From: a virus
IMG/VR virus record: IMGVR_UViG_3300025098_000014
Length of the DNA stretch: 64,000 nt
Direction: 5' to 3' (one strand)
Shown: positions 18,745 through 28,238 of the stretch, piece after piece
Layout of the letters: the number at the start of each line of letters is the position of its first letter
Position numbering within the stretch: the stretch's first letter is position 1
Program-made: the position numbers and the translations under genes
Notes under the pieces: generated by a model
Seen by the model: the letters and a program-made list of their open reading frames with translations, nothing else
What the model was told of the DNA's origin: nothing
Databases searched by the model: none

Positions 18745-20435
18745 AACAAATAATTTCCAATAACAAGATAATCAATATCCATTTTTGTAAAAGAGGAGAT
18801 GGCATCCTCTGGAGTTTCAATGATTGGTTCTCCACTCTGATTGAATGAAGTATTCAATAATACTGGTGGTTGAAGTTTAGAAAGGAGTCGATACATCCTA
18901 GCATTCTGTTGCTCATTTACAGTTTGAATTCTACACGACATATCCTTGTGAGTAATTGCCGGAAGTTTCTTAGTGATAGAAGTTTGAGAATACAACATAT
19001 ACGGACTCACAAAACCAGGATCAAAGTACTCACCAACTTTTTCTTCTAACATTATACCAGCAAAAGGACGCCAGGTCTCTCTCTTTTTAACCCTATCATT
19101 CAGAATATCTTTGTTTTCAGATCTCTTAGGACTCATCAACAATGATCTAGATCCCAAAGACCTAGGACCATATTCTGACCTGCCTTGGAACCAACCAACG
19201 ATCTTATTATCATCCAATTCTTTTGCTAGGAATTCGCAGAGATCATCAAAATTATCATAATACTTACAATTTTTTTCTTCTGGAACAAAGTCATCATAAG
19301 ATTTACCTAGTAGTGCAATATTATGTGGCAATTCAATAGTTTCTTTAGATCTATAAGCACCCCAAGCTGCTGCACCAAAATGAATTCCAGAGTCATTAGT
19401 AAATGGAGGAATATGAATGTTACGGAACAATGGTCTCAATATAGTATTTGCACATACATTAAGGAAAGTTCCTCCAGCAAAACAATTATCTTCTTCTAGA
19501 TAGTCTTTTTTTAATTCATGTATAAAATACTCAAGACTTTTTTCAAACCAATACTGAACATAGTATGCTTTATCTTCTACAGTTCCCTTCAGATTATTAT
19601 ACAACATTTCATAGTCATAGAAATGCACTTCTGGCATTCCAGTTTCCCAACGATCAATACCAAAATGAGATGTAGGAAACAAAGTAGATATGCATGTAGG
19701 AGGTCCTTGACCTTCTAACAACTTACCATAAGCGGACAACCCCATGATCTTACCTTCTTTTGGAGTTACATCAAAGTTTTGAGCAAACTGAAGATTTTCT
19801 ACTACATCAGGTTTTAATTTAGACTCTTGCCGCATTGATTCTTTATGCTTATCATCATAAATCATCTGAGACATATTACAATAGTACTCACCAAATGAGT
19901 TCATACCTAGATCACCAGTTCCCCTAAAGAATCGGAAGATGCGTTTACTCTTATCAAAATATCCAATACTATTACTTTCACCACCACGAGTATGACCACT
20001 AGCAAAATCCCAAATCCCACTACCAAGTCCATCAAGAGTTAAGAAACTACCACTATTGAAAGGTGAAGTAAAGACTGTAGATGCTGCATGGCAAAGATGA
20101 TGTGACAATAACCAAATCTCAGCATTAGGAAACTGTTCCTTAATGATCCTACTTGCAGTACCATCTACAAGTTGTTTCTGAAATATATCAGGATAAGATG
20201 TAGGGTAACAAACAACATCAATTTCTTCTTTTGTATATCCACCAAGAACATATTCAATAGACTTATATGGAAAATTACCCTCATCTTTAATACGAGTCAA
20301 TCTTTCTTCATTAATGCTTCTAATATGAATTCCATTAATGAACAGAGTTGCTCCTGCATCATGAATATAAGTATCAGGTGTGTCAAAAAGATTTGCATCC
20401 CAATCTAAAGCACCATAGATTCCAATAATTTTCAT
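18735..20435 (-). CDS. O-carbamoyltransferase, NodU/CmcH/TobZ family
   Basis: HDAGA, EERLTRIK, HHLCHAAS, DGLG, EGKIMGLSAYG, AGG..LN, GRSEYGPRSLGSRS, WRPFA, LNTSFN. Confidence 0.93.
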   Translation of the reverse strand: MKIIGIYGALDWDANLFDTPDTYIHDAGATLFINGIHIRSINEERLTRIKDEGNFPYKSIEYVLGGYTKEEIDVVCYPTSYPDIFQKQLVDGTASRIIKEQFPNAEIWLLSHHLCHAASTVFTSPFNSGSFLTLDGLGSGIWDFASGHTRGGESNSIGYFDKSKRIFRFFRGTGDLGMNSFGEYYCNMSQMIYDDKHKESMRQESKLKPDVVENLQFAQNFDVTPKEGKIMGLSAYGKLLEGQGPPTCISTLFPTSHFGIDRWETGMPEVHFYDYEMLYNNLKGTVEDKAYYVQYWFEKSLEYFIHELKKDYLEEDNCFAGGTFLNVCANTILRPLFRNIHIPPFTNDSGIHFGAAAWGAYRSKETIELPHNIALLGKSYDDFVPEEKNCKYYDNFDDLCEFLAKELDDNKIVGWFQGRSEYGPRSLGSRSLLMSPKRSENKDILNDRVKKRETWRPFAGIMLEEKVGEYFDPGFVSPYMLYSQTSITKKLPAITHKDMSCRIQTVNEQQNARMYRLLSKLQPPVLLNTSFNQSGEPIIETPEDAISSFTKMDIDYLVIGNYLLWN

Positions 20436-21262
20436 TACTCTACCTCATAATTCATAAGAACTAATTCTTTACGATCTTGCTGCTCCTGCATATATTGACC
20501 AACAGATCTCATAGTGTATGTAAGGTCGAACTCAGATGCTTTCCAGTTTTTAAACCTATCCTTTACAAGTTGAGATGAATTATAAGATATTAATTGATGC
20601 CCTTTACACTGATCACAATCAATAGCAAACTTATCGTGACCAAACCTCTTATGCATATCACCCTTATTCCCATAAAGATTATCTTTGATATCATATGGAG
20701 GATCTAGATATGTAAAAACTTCTGGATCATCAGTAAGGAGTTCATCGTAGGAAAGGTTTGTGATCTTCCAATTCTTAATGATCGATGAATATCCAGGAAT
20801 TCTATCAATGCCTCGCATTGAGAAGTTACTTTCGGATGCTTGTTTTGAAAAAGAACTAGATTCAGTAAGACCAGAGAAAGAACATTTGTTGACAACATAA
20901 AAAGCAACAGCACGAATTAAGTTACTCCTCTCAAGATCATTAACTTTCTCCTTTGAGAACAAAAACAAATCCTTTGCCCTATCTGGATTAGGATGAAGAT
21001 TCTTGAGTTTTACTAACTCATCTCGTAACACGATACCATTACTCTGGATCTGTTCCCAAAAGTTAACTAAGGGTTCATATAAATCACTTACCCATACTCT
21101 AGAGTCTGGATATCTTTTAGACCACTCTATAGCAAATGAACCACCTCCTAGAAAAGGTTCACGAAGTTCATCGTATTTCCTGTTAGGCAAATACGCAAAT
21201 AACTTTTGCACTGCTCTAGACTTACCACCAGGATAACGAAGAGGGGTTTTATAAGCTTTCAT
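20435..21262 (-). CDS. dam: DNA adenine methyltransferase (D12/Dam class)
   Basis: PLRYPGGKS, EPFLGGGS, YLDPPY, ISYN. Confidence 0.93.
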   Translation of the reverse strand: MKAYKTPLRYPGGKSRAVQKLFAYLPNRKYDELREPFLGGGSFAIEWSKRYPDSRVWVSDLYEPLVNFWEQIQSNGIVLRDELVKLKNLHPNPDRAKDLFLFSKEKVNDLERSNLIRAVAFYVVNKCSFSGLTESSSFSKQASESNFSMRGIDRIPGYSSIIKNWKITNLSYDELLTDDPEVFTYLDPPYDIKDNLYGNKGDMHKRFGHDKFAIDCDQCKGHQLISYNSSQLVKDRFKNWKASEFDLTYTMRSVGQYMQEQQDRKELVLMNYEVE

Positions 21263-22203
21263 TTAAATTTACACTCCACCATAATTTCTGTCAATGCTGC
21301 TAGAAGATTGATCTCTTGATCTGCTACGAACGCAATTTGATATTGATACTTAGCAATAATGAGCACAGCAGCAGCAATGCTAGGACCGTCCAAGGATGTA
21401 ACAAGAGCATCGTAAACACGACGAAGAAGTACACTAGAATCGTTGTCCAAATTAGAAACGACCCACTTCCTAACCGCCTGAAAATCTTTGTTCTTGAGTT
21501 TTTGAATAAGATCATTTACTTTTATATCTCCAAATTCAGCAAGAATAGCTGAATCTATTTTACCACCAACAGAATATCTTTGGCACTCATTTAATACACG
21601 ACGCCAATCAGGGAAGTGTTTATTGATAAGTTCTAGAAGGACCTTGTTATCATATTCAACACCCTCTGCACCCAAGATTTCTTGGAGACGCTTGAAGAAC
21701 TCTGCTGCGATTGCTGGTTTTTTACTTCCGGTGATTCCAAACTCAATGACTGCACATCTGGAGTGGAGTGGTTCGATGAGTTTGTTTTTGTAGTTGCAGG
21801 TGAAGATGAATCTGCAATTGTTATAAAATGCCTCAATGTTTGCCCTAAGGAGGAGCTGTACATCATGGGTTGTGTTGTCAGCTTCGTCAATGATGATGAC
21901 TTTGTGGTTAGCATCTGATGAAAGCGAAACGGTCGAAGCAAAGTTCTTTGCTTGATTCCGCACCGTGTCAAGAAATCTTCCTTCATCTGATCCATTTATA
22001 ATTATATAGTCGCAGTTAAGTTGCTCACACATGGCACGAGCAATGGTAGTTTTACCACAACCTGCAGGACCAGCAAGGAGCATGTTAGGGATCTCACCCT
22101 GCTTCAAAAATTCTTTAAATGTATTCTTAGTAGACTCTGGAAGAATACATTCATCAATAGTTTTGGGACGATACTTTTCGACCCAAAGGAACTCATTACG
22201 CAT
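21259..22203 (-). CDS. g44: Clamp loader large subunit gp44
   Basis: WVEKYRP, GPAGCGKTT, IIDEAD, LHSRC; start MRNEF probable. Confidence 0.96.
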   Translation of the reverse strand: MRNEFLWVEKYRPKTIDECILPESTKNTFKEFLKQGEIPNMLLAGPAGCGKTTIARAMCEQLNCDYIIINGSDEGRFLDTVRNQAKNFASTVSLSSDANHKVIIIDEADNTTHDVQLLLRANIEAFYNNCRFIFTCNYKNKLIEPLHSRCAVIEFGITGSKKPAIAAEFFKRLQEILGAEGVEYDNKVLLELINKHFPDWRRVLNECQRYSVGGKIDSAILAEFGDIKVNDLIQKLKNKDFQAVRKWVVSNLDNDSSVLLRRVYDALVTSLDGPSIAAAVLIIAKYQYQIAFVADQEINLLAALTEIMVECKFK

Positions 22204-22360
22204 AGATGCCATCATAATCAATAATAAATTTGTCCTTTAAGTGCCAGTGAATGTCATCATGCACTTGTTGCATTGCGTTGTGTTTGATTGCCCAGTAATC
22301 ATCATCATCGTCGATGAGGACATTGACTTGGGTTTTCACATCAACTCTAATTGCTTTCAT
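22196..22360 (-). CDS. Small hypothetical protein (54 aa; not in ORF track)
   Basis: MKAIRVDVKTQVNVLIDDDDDYW...; fills the gap, coupled starts and stops. Confidence 0.65.
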   Translation of the reverse strand: MKAIRVDVKTQVNVLIDDDDDYWAIKHNAMQQVHDDIHWHLKDKFIIDYDGIYA

Positions 22361-22872
22361 CACACCCACTCAGGTTTACGATCTGGAATACGAAGGTAAT
22401 TATCACATACCCAAGGCTTAGAAGCAATATACATCTTATAAGCAGTTATAGTATCGATACTGTCATCAAATTTATACTCCTCAGGCATTGCACGAACGAA
22501 AGGAGTATGGTCATCATAACTCACTGTTGGGATAATTGCATCAGCAGCGAGAAGAGTCTTGTAGCAGGTATGATTTTTTCCATACCGATTATAATACTCG
22601 TCACATAATGCTATACCATGAGCGAGCAACCATCTAGTGTTTGCTACAGTCTCGTTTGCCCAGATAGTGCAAGGGTGATTACGGAACGCTCCCTTGTCCG
22701 TAGCATAGGGGTTACCGTCTTTCTTAGGCAATGTACCATAACCATGTCCCCACTTGTCTGAGGCGACTATAGAGAGCATCTGGCAGGTCTCCAGGGGCAT
22801 CTTGACGATGTGCTTGTCTGGTAGGACAGCAGCAGATTTCCATGGAGACTCATCAGTGACAAAGATATTCAT
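22360..22872 (-). CDS. Pyrimidine-dimer DNA glycosylase/endonuclease V-like family protein
   Basis: MNIF...DKHIVKMPLETCQMLS...HPCTIW...AMPEEYK...AYKMY. Confidence 0.65.
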   Translation of the reverse strand: MNIFVTDESPWKSAAVLPDKHIVKMPLETCQMLSIVASDKWGHGYGTLPKKDGNPYATDKGAFRNHPCTIWANETVANTRWLLAHGIALCDEYYNRYGKNHTCYKTLLAADAIIPTVSYDDHTPFVRAMPEEYKFDDSIDTITAYKMYIASKPWVCDNYLRIPDRKPEWV

Positions 22873-23012
22873 TCAAATACTGCCGTTACACCCATAATAG
22901 TTGCTGAAGGGTTTCTTGCCAATGCAATTTTCCTAGCATCTTGATAATCTGTAGCAATCACAACTTCTTCAAAGACTGTGCCTGCTTTGTATAGTTGCAC
23001 TTTGCACTTCAT
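22869..23012 (-). CDS. Small hypothetical protein (47 aa; not in ORF track)
   Basis: MKCKVQLYKAGTVFEEVVIATDYQDARKIALARNP...; ATGA coupling. Confidence 0.75.
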   Translation of the reverse strand: MKCKVQLYKAGTVFEEVVIATDYQDARKIALARNPSATIMGVTAVFE

Positions 23013-23015
23013 TTA

Positions 23016-23693
23016 TCAACCTTCATAAGTTGAATCTGGCTCGAGTGCGATGTAGTAATCAAGATTATAATCACCACTAGAGTTGGTAAATTTAGAAAGA
23101 AGTTTCTTAGAGATTACAACATCATAAGATCCGTCAATCAGTTTCAGGTTCTCAATTTTAAAGTTGAAATCAAATGTCTTATCAGTCTTACCAACAATCA
23201 AAGCATACTCATTGGAGTTACTATTCTTCTTATCACGAACAGTGAGCGTGATATTTGCACCGTCACCAACAGCAGCAAGATCGGGCAACTGATACACTGA
23301 TGCGGCTTTCAGTATGTTTGATAGTTGTGATGACTCCAATTGAAATTGAACATCAATACTAGGAAGTTTGATTTCTTTTTCTGGAGGAGCGATAATAACA
23401 TCAGGATCAGCAAAAGCAAACTTAACTTTTGTACTCTTACCTTCACGGAGGATCATGTAGGCATCATGCTTCAGATCAATGTCTGGATCCCTCATGAGGT
23501 CCACACCATTCAAGAATTGAGGAAGATCATAGATGCCAAAGTCTTTCTCAAAGTCCTCACCAACCTCTGCCTCAGCAAGGATATTCTTCATTACCGAAAT
23601 GGTACGAAGTTTGGAACCTTTCTTTACCAGAATTGACTGGTTGATAGAAGAAAAGTTTTCCAATAAATTAATAGTTTCTTTAGAAAGTTTCAT
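23016..23693 (-). CDS. g45: Sliding clamp gp45
   Basis: MKLSKETINLLENFSSINQS...FGIYDLPQFL...YYIALE. Confidence 0.95.
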   Translation of the reverse strand: MKLSKETINLLENFSSINQSILVKKGSKLRTISVMKNILAEAEVGEDFEKDFGIYDLPQFLNGVDLMRDPDIDLKHDAYMILREGKSTKVKFAFADPDVIIAPPEKEIKLPSIDVQFQLESSQLSNILKAASVYQLPDLAAVGDGANITLTVRDKKNSNSNEYALIVGKTDKTFDFNFKIENLKLIDGSYDVVISKKLLSKFTNSSGDYNLDYYIALEPDSTYEG

Positions 23694-24165
23694 ATCCACG
23701 CTCGATAGTCTCCTGGTCTAAGCCATAAAAGTGATAGAGAAGAACAGCATAATGGATGATCTTCTTGATGTCCATTCTAGCAGATCCCTTCTTGTTGTAA
23801 CGGGATGCATACTTAAGAATGTTGCCACGACAAAACGCAGCACCGTCTCCACAGGATTCAATCAGATCAAGTGTCTGAATGCCGTTGGAAGCATTGTAAT
23901 GAGCACGATATGTGCCGGAAATATATTCTTTTACCTCTTCAAGAATTTTGTCTTCGTTATACTTATAAACATTCTTATACGGTTTGGGTTTTTCAACCTC
24001 ATCGTTTTGCCTAGGCCAAACAAATCCATCCGCAGTCAATTCATAATCATTTGACTTCTGTTCCGTTTTTTCTGGAGTGTATTCAAACCCACCATTTTGC
24101 TTTACCCATTCAAGTTCGTCTTCAGGACCGTACATTTCGTCATATAAAAGAGACCATGAATTCAT
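23680..24165 (-). CDS. Hypothetical protein, DUF3310-like
   Basis: HY...IQTLDLI...FCRGNILKYASRY.KKG...DIKKIIHYA. Confidence 0.75.
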   Translation of the reverse strand: MNSWSLLYDEMYGPEDELEWVKQNGGFEYTPEKTEQKSNDYELTADGFVWPRQNDEVEKPKPYKNVYKYNEDKILEEVKEYISGTYRAHYNASNGIQTLDLIESCGDGAAFCRGNILKYASRYNKKGSARMDIKKIIHYAVLLYHFYGLDQETIERGYETF

Positions 24166-24177
24166 TGTAGCACTTCC

Positions 24178-24768
24178 TCAGTTGAATTGCAAGTCAAATA
24201 TATTAAAACTCATCGAGATTCTAGTCACATCACTTTTGAATGGATAGACGCAATGAGCAAGATCACCAGGAAACATGTATAGATCTCCTGTTTTCGGTGT
24301 TACCTTAGCATATCCAGGGCTAAAGAATGATTTGGCATGGATAAACTCCAGCATACCAGCAGAAAATGTATTAGTTTTATCAACCCACTGTTCCCGCTCT
24401 TTATCAATCTCCTCAGGAACATCAATAAATGCCACCACACTCAGAGTACCGTCATGAACATGCAGAGGATTAAACTCATGCTGTTTCATATAATTAATCC
24501 AAGGACCAGGACCTAGATGATAACTGAACTCTCCACTGCCCTTTTTAACCTGGGTACAGAATTGTATGATGTGGTGTTCAACAAAACTGTTGAACGCAGG
24601 TTTGTCGTCTACAACTGCCTCATTTTGAATTTGAATATTGCCAGCAAGACCATAACCGACAGATTCACTATCTACAGATTTACTAGCAATATCCTTGAGC
24701 ATTGAAAGATGTTCCTCCAATATAGCAGTGTGATATATCGGAGGACCAAAAAAATTAAGAATTGTCAT
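24178..24768 (-). CDS. 2OG-Fe(II) oxygenase-like protein
   Basis: WINY...FNPLHVH...GDLYMFP..L.HCVYPF...RISMSFN. Confidence 0.85.
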   Translation of the reverse strand: MTILNFFGPPIYHTAILEEHLSMLKDIASKSVDSESVGYGLAGNIQIQNEAVVDDKPAFNSFVEHHIIQFCTQVKKGSGEFSYHLGPGPWINYMKQHEFNPLHVHDGTLSVVAFIDVPEEIDKEREQWVDKTNTFSAGMLEFIHAKSFFSPGYAKVTPKTGDLYMFPGDLAHCVYPFKSDVTRISMSFNIFDLQFN

Positions 24769-25822
24769 CGGAGTTGTTAATAGTAAAATCTACATCAGCA
24801 TCAACTTTATCATAGAGATCAAGGAATGCAATCTTAGTCTCATCATCGAAACGATTCAAACAAACCTCAATGGCTTTCTGCTTATCATTCCAGATAGAGT
24901 AAGCACGAGCAATGTGAACAAGACGGCGGGTAGAAATAATCTCATCAACTCCACCATCATAAAAAGTCTTACGAATAATATCTGCCCAGTCTACAAGACG
25001 CTTACAGAACTCAATCTCATTACAGTATGACTCAAGAATTTTTTGCTCAAGTTTAGGAGTTGGATATGCCTGCTCAAAGGTTACAGGGAACCTCTCAAGG
25101 AAAGCTTCATTGAGAACATTGGTTCCAATAAACCGACCATCTTCAGAACCCTTACCCTTAGTATTAGCAGTGGCAATGACATTGAATCCGTCTGTGGGTG
25201 TTACATACTTACCAATCTTCTTCAAGAACACACCCTTGCCTTCAAGGATGGATTGGAGACAGAGGATTTTATTGCTAGCAAGGTCAACTTCATCGAGTAA
25301 CAGGATTGCTCCCCTTTCAAGTGCTTCCACGACAGGTCCGTTATGCCAAACAGTTGACCCATCAACAAGACGGAAGCCACCAATAAGATCGTCTTCATCA
25401 GTTTCAATAGTAATGTTTACACGAATCAATTCACGACCAACTTGAGCACATGCTTGCTCAACAGATACGGTTTTACCATTACCTGACAACCCGGTAATGA
25501 AGCAAGGATAAAAAATACTAGACTTAATAATCTTTTTAATATCAGAGAAGTTACCAAAGGGAATATAGTTAGAATCTCTAGATGGAATCAAATTATTATT
25601 GACTGCTGGTACAGCAGAAGGAGAAACATATGTCTCTTCTAGTTTTTCTTGCAATGTTAGTTCCCATTTCCCACGAGCAGTCTTGTATTCACCAAGTTTG
25701 TTAGCAACGGTTTGATAATTTGCGCCATTCATCTGACACCATGCACGAATATCTGCTGAAAGAATAGACTCCCCATATAAGGACTGTAGTGAAGAGCGGA
25801 TAAATTCTGTTGAGAGAGCCAT
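24755..25822 (-). CDS. cobS: CobS-like / MoxR-type AAA+ ATPase
   Basis: GLSGNGKT, DLIGG, LLDEVD, ATANTKGKG, LNEAFLERF, STRRL. Confidence 0.92.
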   Translation of the reverse strand: MALSTEFIRSSLQSLYGESILSADIRAWCQMNGANYQTVANKLGEYKTARGKWELTLQEKLEETYVSPSAVPAVNNNLIPSRDSNYIPFGNFSDIKKIIKSSIFYPCFITGLSGNGKTVSVEQACAQVGRELIRVNITIETDEDDLIGGFRLVDGSTVWHNGPVVEALERGAILLLDEVDLASNKILCLQSILEGKGVFLKKIGKYVTPTDGFNVIATANTKGKGSEDGRFIGTNVLNEAFLERFPVTFEQAYPTPKLEQKILESYCNEIEFCKRLVDWADIIRKTFYDGGVDEIISTRRLVHIARAYSIWNDKQKAIEVCLNRFDDETKIAFLDLYDKVDADVDFTINNSDDNS

Positions 25823-25834
25823 GTCGTTTGTTTG

Positions 25835-25900
25835 GTATGTACCTATTATAGAGCAGAGTGAGGCAGAGTCAGGGTAGAGTGTTCACTTTTCAAACCGACC
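25835..25900 (-). promoter_or_regulatory. Putative early promoter (copy 1)
   Basis: TATAATAGGTACATAC identical to 28172-28187; upstream TT..AAA.TG..CACT box. Confidence 0.7.
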
Positions 25901-26020
25901 ATACTTAAATTTCATTGCAGCTAGCATCCATGCATCTGTTAGTTTCTTAGGACCCTCTAAAAGGACCTTACGGACCTTAGGGTCAGTTTCACTTTGAAGT
26001 GCGATTTCTTTCCAGTTCAT
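25883..26020 (-). CDS. Small hypothetical protein (45 aa; not in ORF track)
   Basis: MNWKEIALQSETDPKVRKVLLEGPKKLTDAWML...; ATGA coupling. Confidence 0.7.
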   Translation of the reverse strand: MNWKEIALQSETDPKVRKVLLEGPKKLTDAWMLAAMKFKYGRFEK

Positions 26021-28158
26021 GCCACCATAGAAATAAATTCATTCAAGACCCTCTTGTTCATTTTCTTACTAGATAACGACTTCCTGAAAGCATTTTTAAT
26101 TTGAGATTTTGATGCATCTTCTTTTACTTCAAACAATGTTTCATTAGAAAGTATTGATCCACCAAGAACAAAGTAAGAATCATATCCACAATTTTTTAAT
26201 GAGAATGATTTAGTCTTCCTCCAAGATACTCTTGCATCTGCTGCTTCATCATAACTATTAGTATACTGATTAATCATGTTAGAGGACCCAGTTCCAGATG
26301 CGATAATACGAAATCCAAGAATGTTAATATCAGGATAGGTTTCTTTAAGATCATCCAACATACATTTTGTGAATGTATTGTAAATATATGATAGACGCCT
26401 AACAGTTCCGGTCTTCAAATTACGGAGAAAGGTGTTATCGCTAATCCTACGATGACGAATAGATTCTTCATGCTCCCAGTTACGGCGCAATACTACTGTA
26501 CGGGAAGGGATTGGAGCTTCTCCATCAGTAAGAATAACACAATTTAATTTTTCAACACCGTATCTTTTCTTGAAGTCAGGGATAATCTCATGAAGGGTGA
26601 TAATAGCTTCGTTTAATGGTGTGCCAGAGAGGTACATACGAGGAGGAGTAACACCAGAGTGATCGGTAAACGAAGATGCAATCTTCCAAATGTTTCTCAT
26701 CTGAATATCTGCAGTAGAGTTATTTACCTTACTAGTCAAAATGTTGAGCATTGAGAACTCATCATTTATCCAAATAGTTCCTTCTTTCTTTTCAAGAGAA
26801 GAAAATCTACCAGCCTTATAGTTCCACTCTTGAGTAAAAGCATATACATCGTATGGAATACCAACTTTACGGCAGAACCAAATCAAGCTGTACAACTGTT
26901 TAATAGTAGAGAGAAGCACATCTGCCATAGATCCAGACCAATCTAAGACAAAGATAAGTCCATGATTTTTTCCATCAGGAATTACAGTTACTTTTTTGAA
27001 AAGATCATCATTATACTTATATGAATGCAGTTTAGTGCAATCAAGTACACCAGTACGACTAGTAGTTGCACGAGCATAAGATGATGCAGATTTTTTACAC
27101 TCAAATTCCTTTACAAGATAGTTAACTTCCTTTGCAGATTCTCTCTTAAATTTATTAAAATCAATATCTTGAACTTGCATTCTGGATTCTGCATGATGTT
27201 TATACCAAGAATGAACATTTTCTTCCATTGCCTCTTGAGCCCATTCTGACCAACAGTTCTGAATATACTCATGTATTTCTTTGGCAGACACAACACTATG
27301 CTTGATATTAATCTCAGGTATTGTTACATAATTGAATTCTTCCTCAGTCATCTTGGCAAGACTTTTCAACTTCTCTTTTAGAGAGTCCGCTGTTTTAGAT
27401 TCCGTTTCATCAGTAGCAGTTTCTGCACCATCAGAATCTTCATCTTCTCCCTTTTCAGCAACATTATCAGTGTCTTGCTCACTATCTTGCTCGGTGCTGT
27501 CTTCAGATTCCCCTTCCTGAGAAGTAGGAGGTGCTGGTTCTGTTGATTGCTGCTCAGACTCTTGAGTAATTCCAGATTGTTGATTGTCTTCGGGAATATT
27601 AGTAACACTTTCGTCATTCACAAGAGTATTAAGAATCTTAGCAGCCATCAAGGCATCATCAAAAGTCTCAGCGTTTGTTGTTGCATTAACAACTACCATC
27701 TCTTCTTCAGAGAATTTTATATTGATATGGGTGCCAAGTTTAAAATGTAAATTAATTCTATCTGCAAGAGAAAACTTATCTAAATCTGCATCTTCAATAT
27801 CAAAGAAGTCACTATCGTTTAGATCACTATATCCACGGTAAAATGTTTTGGATAGACCGGCATACTTACGCTTCATCAATTTCTCAATGCGAGCATCCTC
27901 AGTAATGTTAACAAATGTCTGAGGGACATCACACCACTCTGGTTCCAGAGACCAGTCTCTAGGGTCCGTGAACAAGGCATGTCCGACTTCGTGAGCAACT
28001 AGGAGGTCATATACATCCATCGACGATATCTGCCAATTGGGGAGGGTTAGGACCCGGCGAACAACATCAAACTGAGCCGTCTCAACAGTGCGATGCTCAA
28101 CGATCAAATTTTCAGTAGCGAGTAGTTTAGCAACTTTACCTTTGATCTCTTGAAGCAT
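26017..28158 (-). CDS. Metallopeptidase-like (HExxH) plus vWA domain protein, CobT-like AAA+ partner
   Basis: AHEVGHA, NITEDARIE, acidic linker, MIDAS LDWSGSM, GTPL, LTDGE. Confidence 0.88.
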   Translation of the reverse strand: MLQEIKGKVAKLLATENLIVEHRTVETAQFDVVRRVLTLPNWQISSMDVYDLLVAHEVGHALFTDPRDWSLEPEWCDVPQTFVNITEDARIEKLMKRKYAGLSKTFYRGYSDLNDSDFFDIEDADLDKFSLADRINLHFKLGTHINIKFSEEEMVVVNATTNAETFDDALMAAKILNTLVNDESVTNIPEDNQQSGITQESEQQSTEPAPPTSQEGESEDSTEQDSEQDTDNVAEKGEDEDSDGAETATDETESKTADSLKEKLKSLAKMTEEEFNYVTIPEINIKHSVVSAKEIHEYIQNCWSEWAQEAMEENVHSWYKHHAESRMQVQDIDFNKFKRESAKEVNYLVKEFECKKSASSYARATTSRTGVLDCTKLHSYKYNDDLFKKVTVIPDGKNHGLIFVLDWSGSMADVLLSTIKQLYSLIWFCRKVGIPYDVYAFTQEWNYKAGRFSSLEKKEGTIWINDEFSMLNILTSKVNNSTADIQMRNIWKIASSFTDHSGVTPPRMYLSGTPLNEAIITLHEIIPDFKKRYGVEKLNCVILTDGEAPIPSRTVVLRRNWEHEESIRHRRISDNTFLRNLKTGTVRRLSYIYNTFTKCMLDDLKETYPDINILGFRIIASGTGSSNMINQYTNSYDEAADARVSWRKTKSFSLKNCGYDSYFVLGGSILSNETLFEVKEDASKSQIKNAFRKSLSSKKMNKRVLNEFISMVA

Positions 28159-28171
28159 GGTTCTGTCTCTC

Positions 28172-28238
28172 GTATGTACCTATTATAAAACCCCTGACAG
28201 TAGTCAGAGGTCTTTAGTGGACAGTTTGTAATGTGTCT
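28172..28238 (-). promoter_or_regulatory. Putative early promoter (copy 2)
   Basis: TATAATAGGTACATAC; upstream AAACTGTCCACT; intervening inverted repeat at 28191-28210. Confidence 0.7.
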
